A stretch of 64,000 nucleotides of DNA, taken from positions 1 through 64,000 of the forward strand of contig NW_021832983.1 in assembly GCF_006345805.1 (NCBI RefSeq), given 5' to 3'. Made by a program: the position numbers and the translations under genes. Origin of the DNA: Octopus sinensis. Lineage: Eukaryota. The notes below the pieces were generated by a model, which was not told the DNA's origin, did not search any database, and saw only the letters and a program-made list of their open reading frames with translations. Of the stretch, positions 1-12,380 are shown piece after piece (position 1 is the stretch's first letter; each line of letters opens with the position of its first letter).

Positions 1-324
1 TAAAACAGAGAAAACAAACGGTGAGGGCTGCTGAGCCATACGAGGTAAGGTGGCTAACGCTGGAGGAAGAGGCTTTGACAGGAGAAAAGATAGGATAGGC
101 GGCAGACAAGTATGTGTCTGGTCTGTGACACAAACCGAAAGAAAAGAAAGATGATCAAGGTAATATATACCTGTTTCTCATTACACAAGTAACCTTAAGT
201 TTAACTAGATCATGTTGATAGTAGAAGTAACTAAAATACATTGAGGAGGAATGAGGAATGGCAAGGAATAGATTAAGTTGCTAGACTGGGGATCCAAACA
301 TGGTTGACATCTGACGAAGAATAA

Positions 325-510
325 TGGCTTCTGGTTTCGGCACAAGGCCAGGAATTTTGAGTCGAGGTGTTCATCGATTCGACCGTCCCCTGTACTCGAT
401 TGATACTTTATTTCATCGACTCCGATAGGATGAAAAAACAACACTGATCTCAGTGGAATTTGAAACCAGAATGCAATGAGTCGGAAAAAATACCGCATGA
501 CATTTCCTCC
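325..510 (-). mobile_element. Degenerate SINE family A copy (tRNA head + central domain)
   Basis: Reverse strand resembles the family A consensus seen elsewhere in the window (gcacaaggcc tail, tttcatcctatcggagtcgat, ttcaaattcc B-box region). Confidence 0.55.
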
Positions 511-570
511 GACATTCTAATAACAGACAAAATGGCAACAACTACAACAAAATGCTGGTTTCAAAATTTG

Positions 571-777
571 GTTTATTCTTTTATTTGTTTCATTCATTTG
601 ACTGCGGCCATGCTGGAGCACCGCCTTTAGTCGAAAATATCGACCCCAGCACTTATTCTTTGTAAGCCTAGTACTTATTCTATCGAACTGAAGCGCTAAT
701 TGTCGGGGACGTAAACACACCAGCATCGGTTGTCAAGCGATGTTGGGAGAACACACACTCACATAAACATATACATA

Positions 778-834
<57 letters not shown>

Positions 835-1010
835 TATATATATATACGACGGGCTTCTTTCAGTTTCCGTCTACAAAATCCACTCACAAGGCTTTGGTCG
901 GCCCGAGGCTATAATAGAAGACACTTGCCCAAGGTGCCACTTAGTGGGACTGAACCCGGAACCGTGTGGTTGGTAAGCAAGCTACTTACCACACAGCCAC
1001 TCCTGCGCCT
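571..1010 (-). mobile_element. SINE family B, full length (tRNA-derived head, CORE-like domain, internal CA/TA repeat, LINE-like 3' tail)
   Basis: Minus strand: aggcgcaggagtggctgtgtggtaag head, B-box ggttcagtcc, caccttgggcaagtgtc (CORE-SINE motif ccttgggcaagt), tail ggcggtgctccagcatggccgcagtc..gaaacaaataaaag. Many near-identical copies in window. Confidence 0.9.
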
Positions 1011-1165
1011 ATTGAAGCTCAATAATTACAGAAATAGGCCGCTAGTCGATTATATCGACCCCAGTGCTCAAACCGGTTCTAGTTTTATTGGCTTCAAGAA
1101 AACGAAAAGCAAATCAACATGCTCCTGTTAAGCTTAAGAGCAAAAATGTTGCTTGTTTTAATAAG

Positions 1166-1279
1166 AAACGGGATTATCTCATCTGAAAAAATGCTTCTAC
1201 ACTGCGGGGTGCATTGGAATTCATTGTATAGTTTCCCACCCAAGAGAGCGGTGCAGGACGTGTCAAAACGATCGTTGTG
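1166..1279 (+). CDS. Weak candidate 114-nt phase 1-1 exon encoding a 6-Cys stretch (xTGLSHLKKCFYTAGCIGIHCIVSHPRERCRTCQNDRC)
   Basis: ttgttttaataag| acceptor and G|gtgaat donor, both suboptimal; open frame; could be chance. Confidence 0.15.
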
Positions 1280-1299
1280 GTGAATGAAGTTTCCAGTAT

Positions 1300-1375
1300 A
1301 TTCGGCGGAATTTGAAGTGAGAAAGTTAAAGACGGACGAAATGGCGCTAGGCATTCTGCCTGGTCGCAACCCTAA
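1300..1375 (-). mobile_element. SINE family A head fragment
   Basis: cggcggaatttgaagtgagaaagttaaagacggacgaaatggcgctaggcatt = reverse complement of family A head. Confidence 0.65.
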
Positions 1376-1419
1376 CAGCAACAAAAAAATATTGATAACT
1401 GTAATAAATGACGAGCTCA

Positions 1420-1870
1420 CAGACTGCTGCTGCTGCTGCTGCTACTGCCAACACCACCACGTCCGCCACCGCCGCTACCACCACCACCACCACCACCACC
1501 ACCACCACCACCACCACCACCACCACCACTACCACCACCACCACTACCACCACCACCACCACCACCACCACACCACCCTACCACCACCACCACCACCACC
1601 ACCACCACCACCACCACCACCACCACCACCACCACCACTACCACCACCACCACAATCGTCGTCGTCGTTATCGACCTTTTTTTTTGACAGACGATATAAA
1701 AATTGGAAAACAAATGTAAAATAGCAAGAACAACAACAACAACAACAACAACAACGACAACATCAACAACGACGACGGTGACGAGGATAAAAGCAACAAC
1801 AACAGCCACAACCAGAACAACAATAATATCAACAACGTAAACAATAACAACATCATTATTTACAAGGCAA
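1420..1870. repeat. Compound trinucleotide microsatellite (GCT/ACC/ACT then AAC)
   Basis: Direct reading; explains poly-H/T/P/V ORFs. Confidence 0.95.
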
Positions 1871-1974
1871 TCAATGAGTGATGCACTGATTATATTAGTT
1901 TTACACAGCAAATGCATCGAACTGCAGAAGAAGACACCGATTTGTAGTAAATACTGATATAATATAAGGGAATT

Positions 1975-4350
1975 AGAGTGGTAGGAGGGAGAGAGGGAGG
2001 GAGAGAAAGAGGAGGAAAGGCGGGGGAACGAGAGTGACGGACACAAACTTGACAGACATTGGAAAGGAGAAAGAGAAAGAGAAAGTAACAGAGTAGAGAG
2101 AGAGAGAGAGAGATAATGTGAAGCGAGAACTGGAGTAAAAGGGGCAGAGAGAGACAGCTAAAAAGATGGAAAGACGCAGAGATCTGATAGCAAAAGAGAG
2201 AGAAGCAGTCATGCAGTGGCACACAAGGGAAGCGGAAAGAAAAAGTGAGACAGAGAGGCAGAAAAGCAGAGGGAAGATGGAGAGATAGAAGGAACATTAG
2301 GAAGTGAAAGAGATGGAGACAGAGAGAACAAAAAGAACAGAGAGAGGTAGATAGCGGAAAGTTGAAACAAACAGAAGGAAGCGAAATAGACAGGCAGAGG
2401 AAGGGTGATACAGAAAGTGAAAGTAAAAGTAAAAAGTGAAAGACAAACGGGATAGGAAGTAATGAAAGAGAGAGAAACAGATAGAGCGAGAGATAAGTGG
2501 AGAGAAGAGAGATAGAGTATGAGAAAGAGAGAGAGAAGAGTGATACAGAAAGTGAAGTGAAAGTAAAAGTGAAAGAACCAACGGGATAGGAAGTAATGAA
2601 AGAGAGAGAACAGATAGAGCGAGAGATAAGTGGAGAGAAGAGGATAGAGAATGGAAAGAGAGAGAGAAGGAGTGATACAGAAAGTGAAAGTGAAAGTAAG
2701 TGAAAGACAAACGGGATAGAAGTAATGAAGGAGAGAGAAACGATAGAGCGAGGATACGTGGAGAGAAGAGAGATAGAGAATGAGAAAGAGAGAGAGAGAG
2801 TGATTACTGAAAGTGAAAGTGAAAGTAAAAGTGAAAGACAAACGGGATAGAAAGTAATGAAAGAGAGAGAAACAGATAGAGCGAGAGATAAGTGGAGAGA
2901 AGAGAGATAGGGAATGAAATGAGAGAGAGAAGGGTGATACAGAAAGTGAAAGTGAAAGTAAAAGTGAAAGACAAACGGGATAGAAAGTAATGAAAGAGAG
3001 AGAAACAGATAGAGCGAGAGATACGTGGAGAGAAGAGAGATAGAGAATGAGAAAGAGAGAGAGAAGAGTGATACTGAAAGTGAAAGTGAAAGTAAAAGTG
3101 AAAGACAAACGGGATAGAAAGTAATGAAAGAGAGAGAAACAGATAGAGCGAGAGATAAGTGGAGAGAAGAGAGATAGGGAATGAAATGAGAGAGAGAAGG
3201 GTGATACAGAAAGTGAAAGTGAAAGTAAAAGTGAAAGACAAACGGGATAGAAAGTAATGAAAGAGAGAGAAACAGATAGAGCGAGAGATACGTGGAGAGA
3301 AGAGAGATAGAGAATGAGAAAGAGAGAGAGAAGAGTGATACTGAAAGTGAAAGTGAAAGTAAAAGTGAAAGACAAACGGGATAGAAAGTAATGAAAGAGA
3401 GAGAAACAGATAGAGCGAGAGATAAGTGGAGAGGAGAGAGATAGAGAATGAGAAAGACAGAGAGAGAAAAAGAGAGCGCGGGAGAGGGAGAGATAGACAC
3501 CGGTTGACAGTGCAGGAGAGATATGGCAGAGCAAGAGAGAGATAGAAATAGAAAGTGGGCCCAAAATGAGGAGTAGAGGAGATGGAAAGTGCGACAACAG
3601 AGGAATAGGGGGGAGAGAGAGAAGAGGAGTGATAGAGGGATAGAGTGAGAAAGAATGCAATGGAGAGGGCAAAGAAAGGGAGAGATAAGAAAGCAAGAAA
3701 GGCAGGATAGAAGGAAAATGAAAGGGGAGGAGGAGGAGGAGTCCGAGGAGGAGGAGAAGGAGAAGAAGAAGGAGAAGAAGAAGAAGAGAAGAAGAAGGAG
3801 AAAGAAGAAGGAGAAGAAGAAGAGAAGAAGAAGAAGACGAAGAAAGAAGAAGAAAAAGAAGACGAAGAAGGAAAAAGAAGAAGGAGAATAAGGAAGAAGA
3901 ATAGAAAAGAAGGAGAAGAAGAAGAAGAAGAAGAAGAAGAGAAGAAGAAAGGAGAGAACGAAAGAAGAAGAAGAAAGAAGAAGAAGAAGAAGAAGAAGAA
4001 GAAATAAAGGCAGAAAGAAAATATGTAAGGCTCAGAAAGGAAGGAGAAAGTGCGAGAGATAGGTGAGAGAGAGAGAGAGGGGAATAGAGAGAGAGAGAGA
4101 GGAATAGAGAGAGAAAGAGAGAGAGAGTCAAAGAGAGAGATGCGAGAAAGACAGGGAGAGAGAGAGAGAGGGTGGTGAGAAAGATAGGGAGAGAGAGAGA
4201 GAGCAGTGAGAGAGAAAGCGAAAAAGAACTAAAGAGAAAAAAAATGGAAGTTGAAAGACCAAAAGAGAAATGGGAGGAAGAAGGATAAAAGGAAGAAAGA
4301 TATGATAGAAGACGAGGACGGGAAAGATGAAAGAGAGAGAGAGAGAGATT
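1975..4350. repeat. Purine-rich (GA/GAA/GAG) low-complexity tract
   Basis: Plus strand almost entirely A/G; explains the long L/S/F ORFs on minus. Confidence 0.95.
2400..3460. repeat. ~133-bp purine-rich minisatellite, about 8 units, with alternating A/B variants
   Basis: gtgata(c/t)..gaaagtgaaagt anchor recurs near 2402, 2538, 2669, 2799, 2931, 3065, 3198, 3332. Confidence 0.9.
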
Positions 4351-4619
4351 CGTGGAAGGAAGTGATAATGGGAGATGGAAGGAGACAATGGGGGTGTTAC
4401 CAAAACCACCGCCGCCATCCTCCACCCACCGATCCCGCTTCCACCGTCACCACCAGCAACAACTTCACCGCCACGACCACCACAAAAACCGCCACCGCCA
4501 GCACACCACCATCACACCAATGCCCCACCGCTAAACGTATCTCCTCTGCTTTTTTACTGGTTTATCTAATTAACATTGTATTTTTGAGTTGATTTTGTAC
4601 AGAACTAATTAAAAAAGCA

Positions 4620-4834
4620 TATAAACATGGACACAAACACACACAAACACACAAACCGACACATCCACACAAACACACAAGAATACATCAATACACACAC
4701 ACACACGCATATATATATATTGATATATATGTACATATATGTATACAAATATATATACGTACACACATATATATACGTATATATATATGTTATATACATG
4801 CAAATATATATATGTACATATATCTGTGTATACA

Positions 4835-4891
<57 letters not shown>

Positions 4892-5089
4892 CATGTATAT
4901 ATATACATGTATATATATATATGATATATATATATATATATATAATATATACATATATATTTCGTTATATGTTGATATATATTAATATATATTATGCACA
5001 CGCCACAGACACATGGATTCATTTATATACTTGCACACTTATATATGCACACATGTACATATGTATCCGTCTGTGTGTTTGTATGTATG

Positions 5090-5120
<31 letters not shown>

Positions 5121-5153
5121 GTATGTATGTATGTAAGTATGTATGTATGTATG

Positions 5154-5184
<31 letters not shown>

Positions 5185-5409
5185 GTATGTATGTATGCTT
5201 ATGTAGCCATGTACGTAGGTATAGAATACATAACGCAGGTATCGAAATAGTTTTCATGCAAGAGTTATGTAAGCGTGTGTATATATGCATATCCATGTAT
5301 GTACATGTGTACGTATGTGATTCAATTTAAATTTCTATATCCATCCAATTATACATACATACATACATACATATATACAAAATATTACATACATACACAT
5401 ATATACATA

Positions 5410-5477
<68 letters not shown>

Positions 5478-5580
5478 AATGAATATATATGTATATATAG
5501 ATATGGATATATATATATATATGTCGATATATATGTATAAATATGTGTGTATATATATATATTATATATATATATACTTA
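4620..5580. repeat. Compound (CA)n/(TA)n/(TGTA)n microsatellite block
   Basis: Direct reading. Confidence 0.95.
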
Positions 5581-5957
5581 CGGAATCTGGGAAACGTACT
5601 CAAAGCAATTCCTATGCATGCACACGCACATACACACAGACACTCTCAATCATTCAGAGATACACCGAGACACATGTATGTACAGCGTGTTCAATATGTC
5701 AAGCTGTCCTTTAAGTGACACGACGAAAAATATCGATTTCCTATCACTCTTGTAATAACGTGAAGAAAATGTGCAATGATTTGCCTTCGTTGAAATATTA
5801 CGGCGGTGGGTGTGGGGTGGGGGGAAATACAGGCATCTGTCTTACATCACAAATCGCCCTTAGATTCCGCAAGTGAAATACCATTTCGCAGGCTTGGGAT
5901 GAATTCTTAATGTAAGAATGGGAAATATGTTACTCCGCTTCCGTTCCTCTGATGTTC

Positions 5958-6475
5958 CGTTTTATATGTTTTTGATTCATGGTTTAGAAGAAGAGGCTCT
6001 ACATGCATTTGTTGTAGGCTCCCTCTCCGCTGCGAAATCGATGTATTTGGCGTCGTTCTTTTAAATAGTCGCCGGTCTACGTTGGAGGAAAGAGAACCAG
6101 AGGCAAGGAGGGAATTGCTGTGGGTTTCGTTTTATATGTTCTTGATACATGGTTTAAAAGAAGAGGCTCTACATGCATTTGTTGTAGGCTCCCCCCGCTG
6201 CGAAATCGATGTATTTGGCGTCGTTCTTTTAAGTAGTCGCCGGTCTACGTTGAAGGAAAGAGAACCAGAGGCAAGGAGGGAATTGCTATGGGTTTCGTTT
6301 TAGATGTATTTGATACATCGTTTAGAGGAAGAGGCTCCACATACAATTGCTGTAGGCTCCCTCTTCGCTACGAAATCGATGTATTTGGCGTCGTTCTTTT
6401 AAGTAGTCGCCGGTCTACGTTGAAGGAAAGAGAACCAGAAGCAAGGAAGGAAGGAATTGCTGTAGGGTTTAAAGG
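5958..6475. repeat. ~169-bp tandem repeat, 3 copies
   Basis: cgtttta(t/g)atgt anchor at 5958, 6128, 6296; shared core gaaatcgatgtatttggcgtcgttctttta..gaaagagaaccaga. Confidence 0.9.
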
Positions 6476-6581
6476 CAGGGATGGAAATTCATCAGGAGTT
6501 TCATAGGGCTGACCTTCTGGAAGAGAACGTTCAGCATCGCAGTGGTTGGTGCGATACCTGACGGTTGGTAATCGAAGATGA

Positions 6582-7371
6582 TATTGATTTCAAATCTAAG
6601 CACGAGGCCAGCAATTTTGGAGGCGATGGATCAGTCGATTACATCCACACCAGTGTTCAACTTGTACTTATTTTATTGATGCCGAAAGGATGAAAGGCAA
6701 AATCGAAGTCAACGACATTCGAACTCATAACGTACGCGCCAAGAAATTGCTGCTAACCATTTCCTCCGGCACGGTAACAATTCTGCTTGCTCCTGGATAA
6801 TTTTGATTTCAAATTTTGGCACGAGGCCAGCAATTTTGGAGGCTGTGGATGATCAGTCGATTACATCCACACCAATGTTCAAATTGTACTTATTTTATTG
6901 ATTGCCGAAAGGATGAAAAGCAAAATCGAAGTCAACGACATTCGAACTCATAACGTAACGCCGAAAGAAAAGTGCTGCTTAACCATTTCTCCTCCGGCAC
7001 GGTAACAATTCTGCTGCTCCTGGATAATTTTGATTTCAAATTTTGGCACGAGGCCAGCAATTTTGGAGGCTGTGGATGATCAGTCGATTACATCCACACC
7101 AATGTTCAAATTGTACTTATTTTATTGATGCCGAAAGGATGAAAAGCAAAATCGAAGTCAACGACATTCGAACTCATAACGTAACGCCGAAAGAAATTGC
7201 TGCTAACCATTTCCTCCGGCACGGTAACAATTCTGCTTGCTCCTGGATAATTTTGATTTCAAATTTTGGCACGAGGCCAGCAATTTTGGAGGCTGTGGAT
7301 GATCAGTCGATTACATCCACACCAATGTTCAACTTGTACTTATTTAATTGATGCCGAAAGGATGAAAGGCA
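6582..7371 (-). repeat. ~223-bp tandem array (about 3.5 copies) built from a SINE family A body
   Basis: tgatttcaaat anchor near 6585, 6804, 7031, 7254; each unit contains gaaaggatgaaa(g/a)gcaaaatcgaag and gcacgaggccagcaattttgg. Confidence 0.9.
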
Positions 7372-7689
7372 TCAATTAAAGGCTAGCACATATGCGCGAC
7401 TGCTGGTCTTCATAGACAACCCTACTCGGACTTGCGCCTCGGTGGGGAACTTTCTAGGTGCAATCCCATGGTCGTTCATGTCCGAAGGAGGTCTTTACCC
7501 TTTTGGACCTCCGGGTAAATCAATCACTGGGCCTGTAGTATATATTCATATATTTCAATTCACAGCATACATGAATCAAAATTGGTTCCGGAAGCACATG
7601 AAGCCCCTGGACAGCTACTGCCCGGTCTGCCAATGACATAAGACGGCATTAATGACCGGGCTATTTCACATCATATGAACGACTATGCT

Positions 7690-8262
7690 CTGAGTACATT
7701 CAAGAAGAATCATATGTATCTTCAAAGAATTCGGCCAAACTAAAGCAGTTGCCAATAATATAACGAATGTTGACTTGCTAAACGTTAACATAGAACTCGA
7801 GACAAGCAAATAATACCATTACAGAAATCCCAACGAGGCAACTGTATATTGTTCACAGACGCCCCAGTTCTCCACCTCCTAATGTAATTAGAAAACTATT
7901 CCAGGCATCAGCAATAGCATGTCGTTTCTATGGACAGACAAAGAAAGACCTTCAACAGCGCAGCACCTCAATTATATAACGAAGATCTAGTGAGGAGTGG
8001 CTTTAACGATAAGATAGTGTATATCGAGTTCCTCCCATTACACTCGGGCTTTATGAACCCGAAGAGACTCATAAAGACACATTTAATCGGGTTTAATCCT
8101 TGACATTCATGTTTCCACTGATACAGCTAGGAGCTTTCTGGGGCTAATTAGATAGTATTTCCTGTGAACTCTAATATATCATAAGCTCTTTAATTATCAT
8201 TACGTCATGGTTAACTGCCCATGCTTAGATAATATCACTTCCAAAATTGCATCTCACGAAGG
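7690..8262 (+). mobile_element. Decayed Penelope-like element fragment (RT thumb and linker)
   Basis: With frameshifts reads ..NVDLLNVNIELET..FNSAAP.YNEDLVRSGFNDKIVYIE..I.FNP..STDTARSFLGLI..YFP....HKLFNYHYVMVNCPCLDNITSKIASH, matching the PLE motif W-FNPP..FL.LID.HFP..L.K.FN..VKVSYSC. Confidence 0.7.
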
Positions 8263-8269
8263 ACACAAC

Positions 8270-8325
8270 ACCGGAACCATATGGTTGGTTAGCAAGCTAC
8301 TTACCACACAGCCACTCCTGCGCCT
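8270..8325 (-). mobile_element. SINE family B head fragment
   Basis: ccggaaccatatggttggttagcaagctacttaccacacagccactcctgcgcct. Confidence 0.85.
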
Positions 8326-8749
8326 ATTTACATATTATCACCAATTTAAGATCGAAGATTTGATGAAATGGACGCCTTTTTGCGCACACTAAACATTTAG
8401 TATTAAAGCCTGAATCAACCAGTTCTGAAATACATACAAATCCATCGAAATATGATAAGCGCCACTTATATATACATTATTAAGACTCTGATTTTTTTCA
8501 TAACTTGTGATATACAATATATCTTTTCAATTTGGATTCAATGTTTGCAATAAACAGCGAGTTTAAAATTGTTTTATTCAAAACAATTGTGTTATTCAAA
8601 CTGAATTTATTCTATTGAAGGAAAGTAAACAATATGCAACATTTTAATATTCGTACATTATGTGTGAGCGTATGCTTATTTATTATATGTGTAACTATGT
8701 ATGTGTTGTGTGTGTATAGACAATATGAAGAAATAAACATACACACATA

Positions 8750-8782
<33 letters not shown>

Positions 8783-8905
8783 GCATATACATACACTCAC
8801 ACACATACAAACACAAACACACAGATACACTCACCGTATATAAATAAATAAATATATATAATAAATAAATATATATATAAATAAATATATATATATAAAT
8901 AAATA

Positions 8906-8956
<51 letters not shown>

Positions 8957-8978
8957 ATATATATATATCTGTGTGTGT

Positions 8979-9271
8979 GGAGGCGCAATGGCCTAGTGGT
9001 TAGGGCAGCGGACTCGCGGTCGCAGGATCGCGGTTTCGATTCCCATACCGGGCGTTGTGTGTGTTTATTGAGCGAGAACGCCTAAAAGCTCCGCGAGGCT
9101 CCGGCAGGGGGTGGTGATCCCTGCTGTACTATTTCACCACTCTTCCTTCTGTTGGCCTGCTCGCTTAGCCAGCGGAGTGGCGTCATTCGAAGGCTAAAAC
9201 AATGCGAACGCATTGTGACCAGCGATGTTTAACAACATCTGATGGTCTGGTCGGTCACGTGATCACGTGAT
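8979..9271 (+). mobile_element. SINE family C (tRNA-Arg-like head), tail type 1
   Basis: ggaggcgcaatggcctagtggttaggg (A box) ...ggtttcgattccc (B box), body gttgtgtgtgtttattgagcg..cctaaaagctcc, tail ending gtcacgtgatcacgtgata. Confidence 0.85.
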
Positions 9272-9287
9272 ATATAATATATATATG

Positions 9288-9475
9288 GTAGATCGCTGGC
9301 TACTAAATCTTTATTATTCTCTCTCCCTGTTTATTTCTGTGTTCCTTTCCGTCGAAGAGCGTAGGCTCGAAATGTAGAAGACCTTCTCAATTCCCAAGCA
9401 TTACGTAATACATCTGTTTGTTGTTTACACACCCGTCTTCATCTTTTGCTTTTTCTTTTTCGTAAATTCTCACTA
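9288..9475 (+). mobile_element. PLE-type terminal (pLTR-like) fragment with degenerate hammerhead motif, ending in (TA)n
   Basis: ccgtcgaa-gagc-gtag-gctc-gaaat-gta at 9349-9376; homologous copy at 40447-40645. Confidence 0.6.
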
Positions 9476-9764
9476 TATATATATGTATAGAGTTCTACCA
9501 TTTACACTTGGGGTAATCTTTCAAAAGTCTTCGTTTTGACGCCCTTAAAATACCGGAAATAATTCTGCAGTGAATTTTGCCGGTTAGGGGACTTAGTTAT
9601 TTAAATTTAAATTTAAAATAATAAGGGTGGAAAATTGAATATTAATTTGATTAATATCAATTTAAAACCAATGGTCAAGCATATTAAAATCTGAGGATTC
9701 AGTAAAATCATATTACATACGTATAAGAGAGATGACCACTACGTGGACATCAGTATGCGGGAAC

Positions 9765-10012
9765 TCAGAACGTAAGGACATAGGAATTACCTATTTCTTT
9801 ACTATTCACAAGGGGCTAAATCCCGAAAGGACAAACAAACGGATTAAGTCGATTATATCGACCACAGTGCGTGACTGGTACTTAATTTATCGACCCCGAA
9901 AGGATGAAAGGCAAAGTCGACCTCGGCGGAATTTGAACTCAGAACGTAGCGGCAGACGAAATACTGCTACGCATTTCGCCCGGCGTGCTAACGTTTCTGC
10001 CAGGTCGCCGCT
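9765..10012 (-). mobile_element. SINE family A copy plus start of a second tandem unit
   Basis: Matches family A reverse complement; tail aaagaaataggt joined to an internal head position. Confidence 0.85.
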
Positions 10013-10029
10013 TTAATAAAAATAAAGAT

Positions 10030-10073
10030 AATGATAATAATAATAATAGTATTATTATTATTATTATTATTAT

Positions 10074-10120
<47 letters not shown>

Positions 10121-10413
10121 TTGTGTTGTTGTGCCACCAACCACAAAAAATATAACAGTAAACAATAAAAATAAAATAATAAAAAAACAGTAAAAGAGAA
10201 TTGAAATAACCACAACAACATTAATGATAATACCACTGATAACAACAGAATCAATAATAATGGCGATGATGTTGATGATGATGTTGATGATGATGATGAT
10301 GATGATGATAATTATGATGAAGATTTTAATAATAATAATGATGACACTACTTCTACTACAACTACTATTCAGAATAATAATAATAATAATAATAATAATT
10401 GTAATAAAATATA

Positions 10414-10462
<49 letters not shown>

Positions 10463-10625
10463 CATAATAATCATAATAATAATAATATATAATGATAATA
10501 ATAAATAATAATAATAATGATAAGCATTAAATAGTTAATAATAATAATAATAATATAATAATAATAATATAATAATAATAATAATGATAATAATAATAAT
10601 AATAATAATGATGATAAGCATTAAA

Positions 10626-10656
<31 letters not shown>

Positions 10657-10670
10657 TCATAATCATCATC

Positions 10671-10718
<48 letters not shown>

Positions 10719-10726
10719 TAATGATG

Positions 10727-10796
<70 letters not shown>

Positions 10797-10807
10797 TAAG
10801 CATTAAA

Positions 10808-10862
<55 letters not shown>

Positions 10863-10880
10863 GGATAAGGATAAGGTTAA
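10030..10880. repeat. (TAA)n/(TAG)n/(GAT)n microsatellite block
   Basis: Direct reading. Confidence 0.95.
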
Positions 10881-11462
10881 GGATAATGGTCGAGAAACCC
10901 CTATGATTTGGCAAACTTATATAATTTGTTCTCTTACTCCCAATATTAATACCGATTCCATTTTCGAAATATGGCTTTGCTGATTCTTTGAAGTGATATT
11001 TTGGCGCAATTTTCTTTTTATTTGTGTGTTTTTCTTTCTTATCACACGCACATCAAACCCCAAACCACTACCTTAATCTTTCACTAGTGCGGCCCTCTTG
11101 CGAACTTAGAGCTGACCAATAACTGATTCTTGCTTAATATACAAATTATGTCAAATGCCGAAAGGAGGAGAACATTTAATATATCTCATAAAATATCTAT
11201 ATCTATATCTACACGTCACACACACAAACAAACAAAACGCACATTCACACACACACACAAACGCGCAAACACGACCACAAACTCACACGCATGCACGCAC
11301 GCACACAATACACCCTCATATATTTATATTTGTGTGTGTGTGTGTGTATGTACACAATTAAAAGTTAGTGCGTTTGGGTATACATATATCCATATTTATA
11401 TAAATATAGATATAAATATACATATATATATATTAACAATTGAGGATAAAATCTTTAAAAGA

Positions 11463-11642
11463 AATTATCAGTAGTTAGCGTGAAAAACCTCGTAAGAGAA
11501 AAAATCCTTAAATTTTTCCACTTTGAAAATATTTATTTATATTATATTGAGGGTACTATTATTCGTAGATACCACACGCTAAAGAGGGACCAATGCGGTC
11601 AAGTTTATTTTAGTAGTTTTGACCGCATTGGTCCCTCTTTAG
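11463..11642 (+). mobile_element. Probable PLE terminal fragment ending in a 24-bp inverted repeat
   Basis: Arms ctaaagagggaccaatgcggtcaa (11579-11602) and its reverse complement (11619-11642), 16-nt spacer; followed by TA-rich repeat. Confidence 0.5.
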
Positions 11643-12038
11643 AATATATCTCTATATAATAATATATATAATATATATATATATTATATCTATATATATA
11701 TAATATATATATATATATTATAATTATATATTCATATACTTAATATACGCACGCAGGCACTAAACGCCCAAAATACAAATACACGACGCACACACACGCA
11801 GACATATGCAACACACGCAGCACGCACCACACACACACACAATCTATTTTGAACGGTTTTTAAACTGATTGGATGAAGCCATAATGATAGCGTGTAACTA
11901 TTTATATGCTATTTATTTATAGCTTTATCAGCTTTGAATGAACTGTTTCAAAAATGAATTATTTTAGGTTCTCTTGAAGTTTCTAAATTTTTATAACATC
12001 ATAATATATATATATAATATATATATATAATATTATAT

Positions 12039-12077
<39 letters not shown>

Positions 12078-12078
<1 letters not shown>

Positions 12079-12380
12079 TTTTTTAATCCAAACGGGAAAA
12101 ACAAAAAAACAACAAAATGGAACATTACAGTATTATTATTAATAGGCGCTCAGGAATGGAAGCAGGAGGGTATGACGTTTCGAGCGGAGCTCTTCGTCGG
12201 AAACATAAAGAAGGAAGAGAGAAGAAAGAAAGATCCCCCAAGCGGGCAACAGGGAAAGAGAAAAAAAACGACTGGTGTTTACGAGTTACACATGGTGAAA
12301 GGCGGAAGTTTACGAATAACAAGAGCAAAGTAGGTTTTTAAAGGCAAAAGAGTGGAGACAAGGTTGGTAACGCAACAGAT
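12078..12380 (-). mobile_element. PLE terminal segment with near-canonical hammerhead motif
   Basis: Minus 12200-12174: CCGACGA-A-GAGC-tcc-GCTC-GAAAC-GTC; ends at the (TA)n array near 12075. Confidence 0.6.

Noticed and set aside
9-44. Possible plus-strand exon RKQTVRAAEPYE with GAG|gtaagg donor
   Set aside because: Acceptor context is cut by the window edge; too short to support.
1890-4425. 536-aa and 738-aa L/S/F-rich ORFs that look like membrane proteins
   Set aside because: Reverse complement of the polypurine tract and 133-bp minisatellite.
8979-9055. tRNA-Arg-like sequence with A and B boxes (also 34897, 56645 and SINE A/B heads)
   Set aside because: No proper acceptor stem or cloverleaf, and it continues into SINE bodies; not a tRNA gene.
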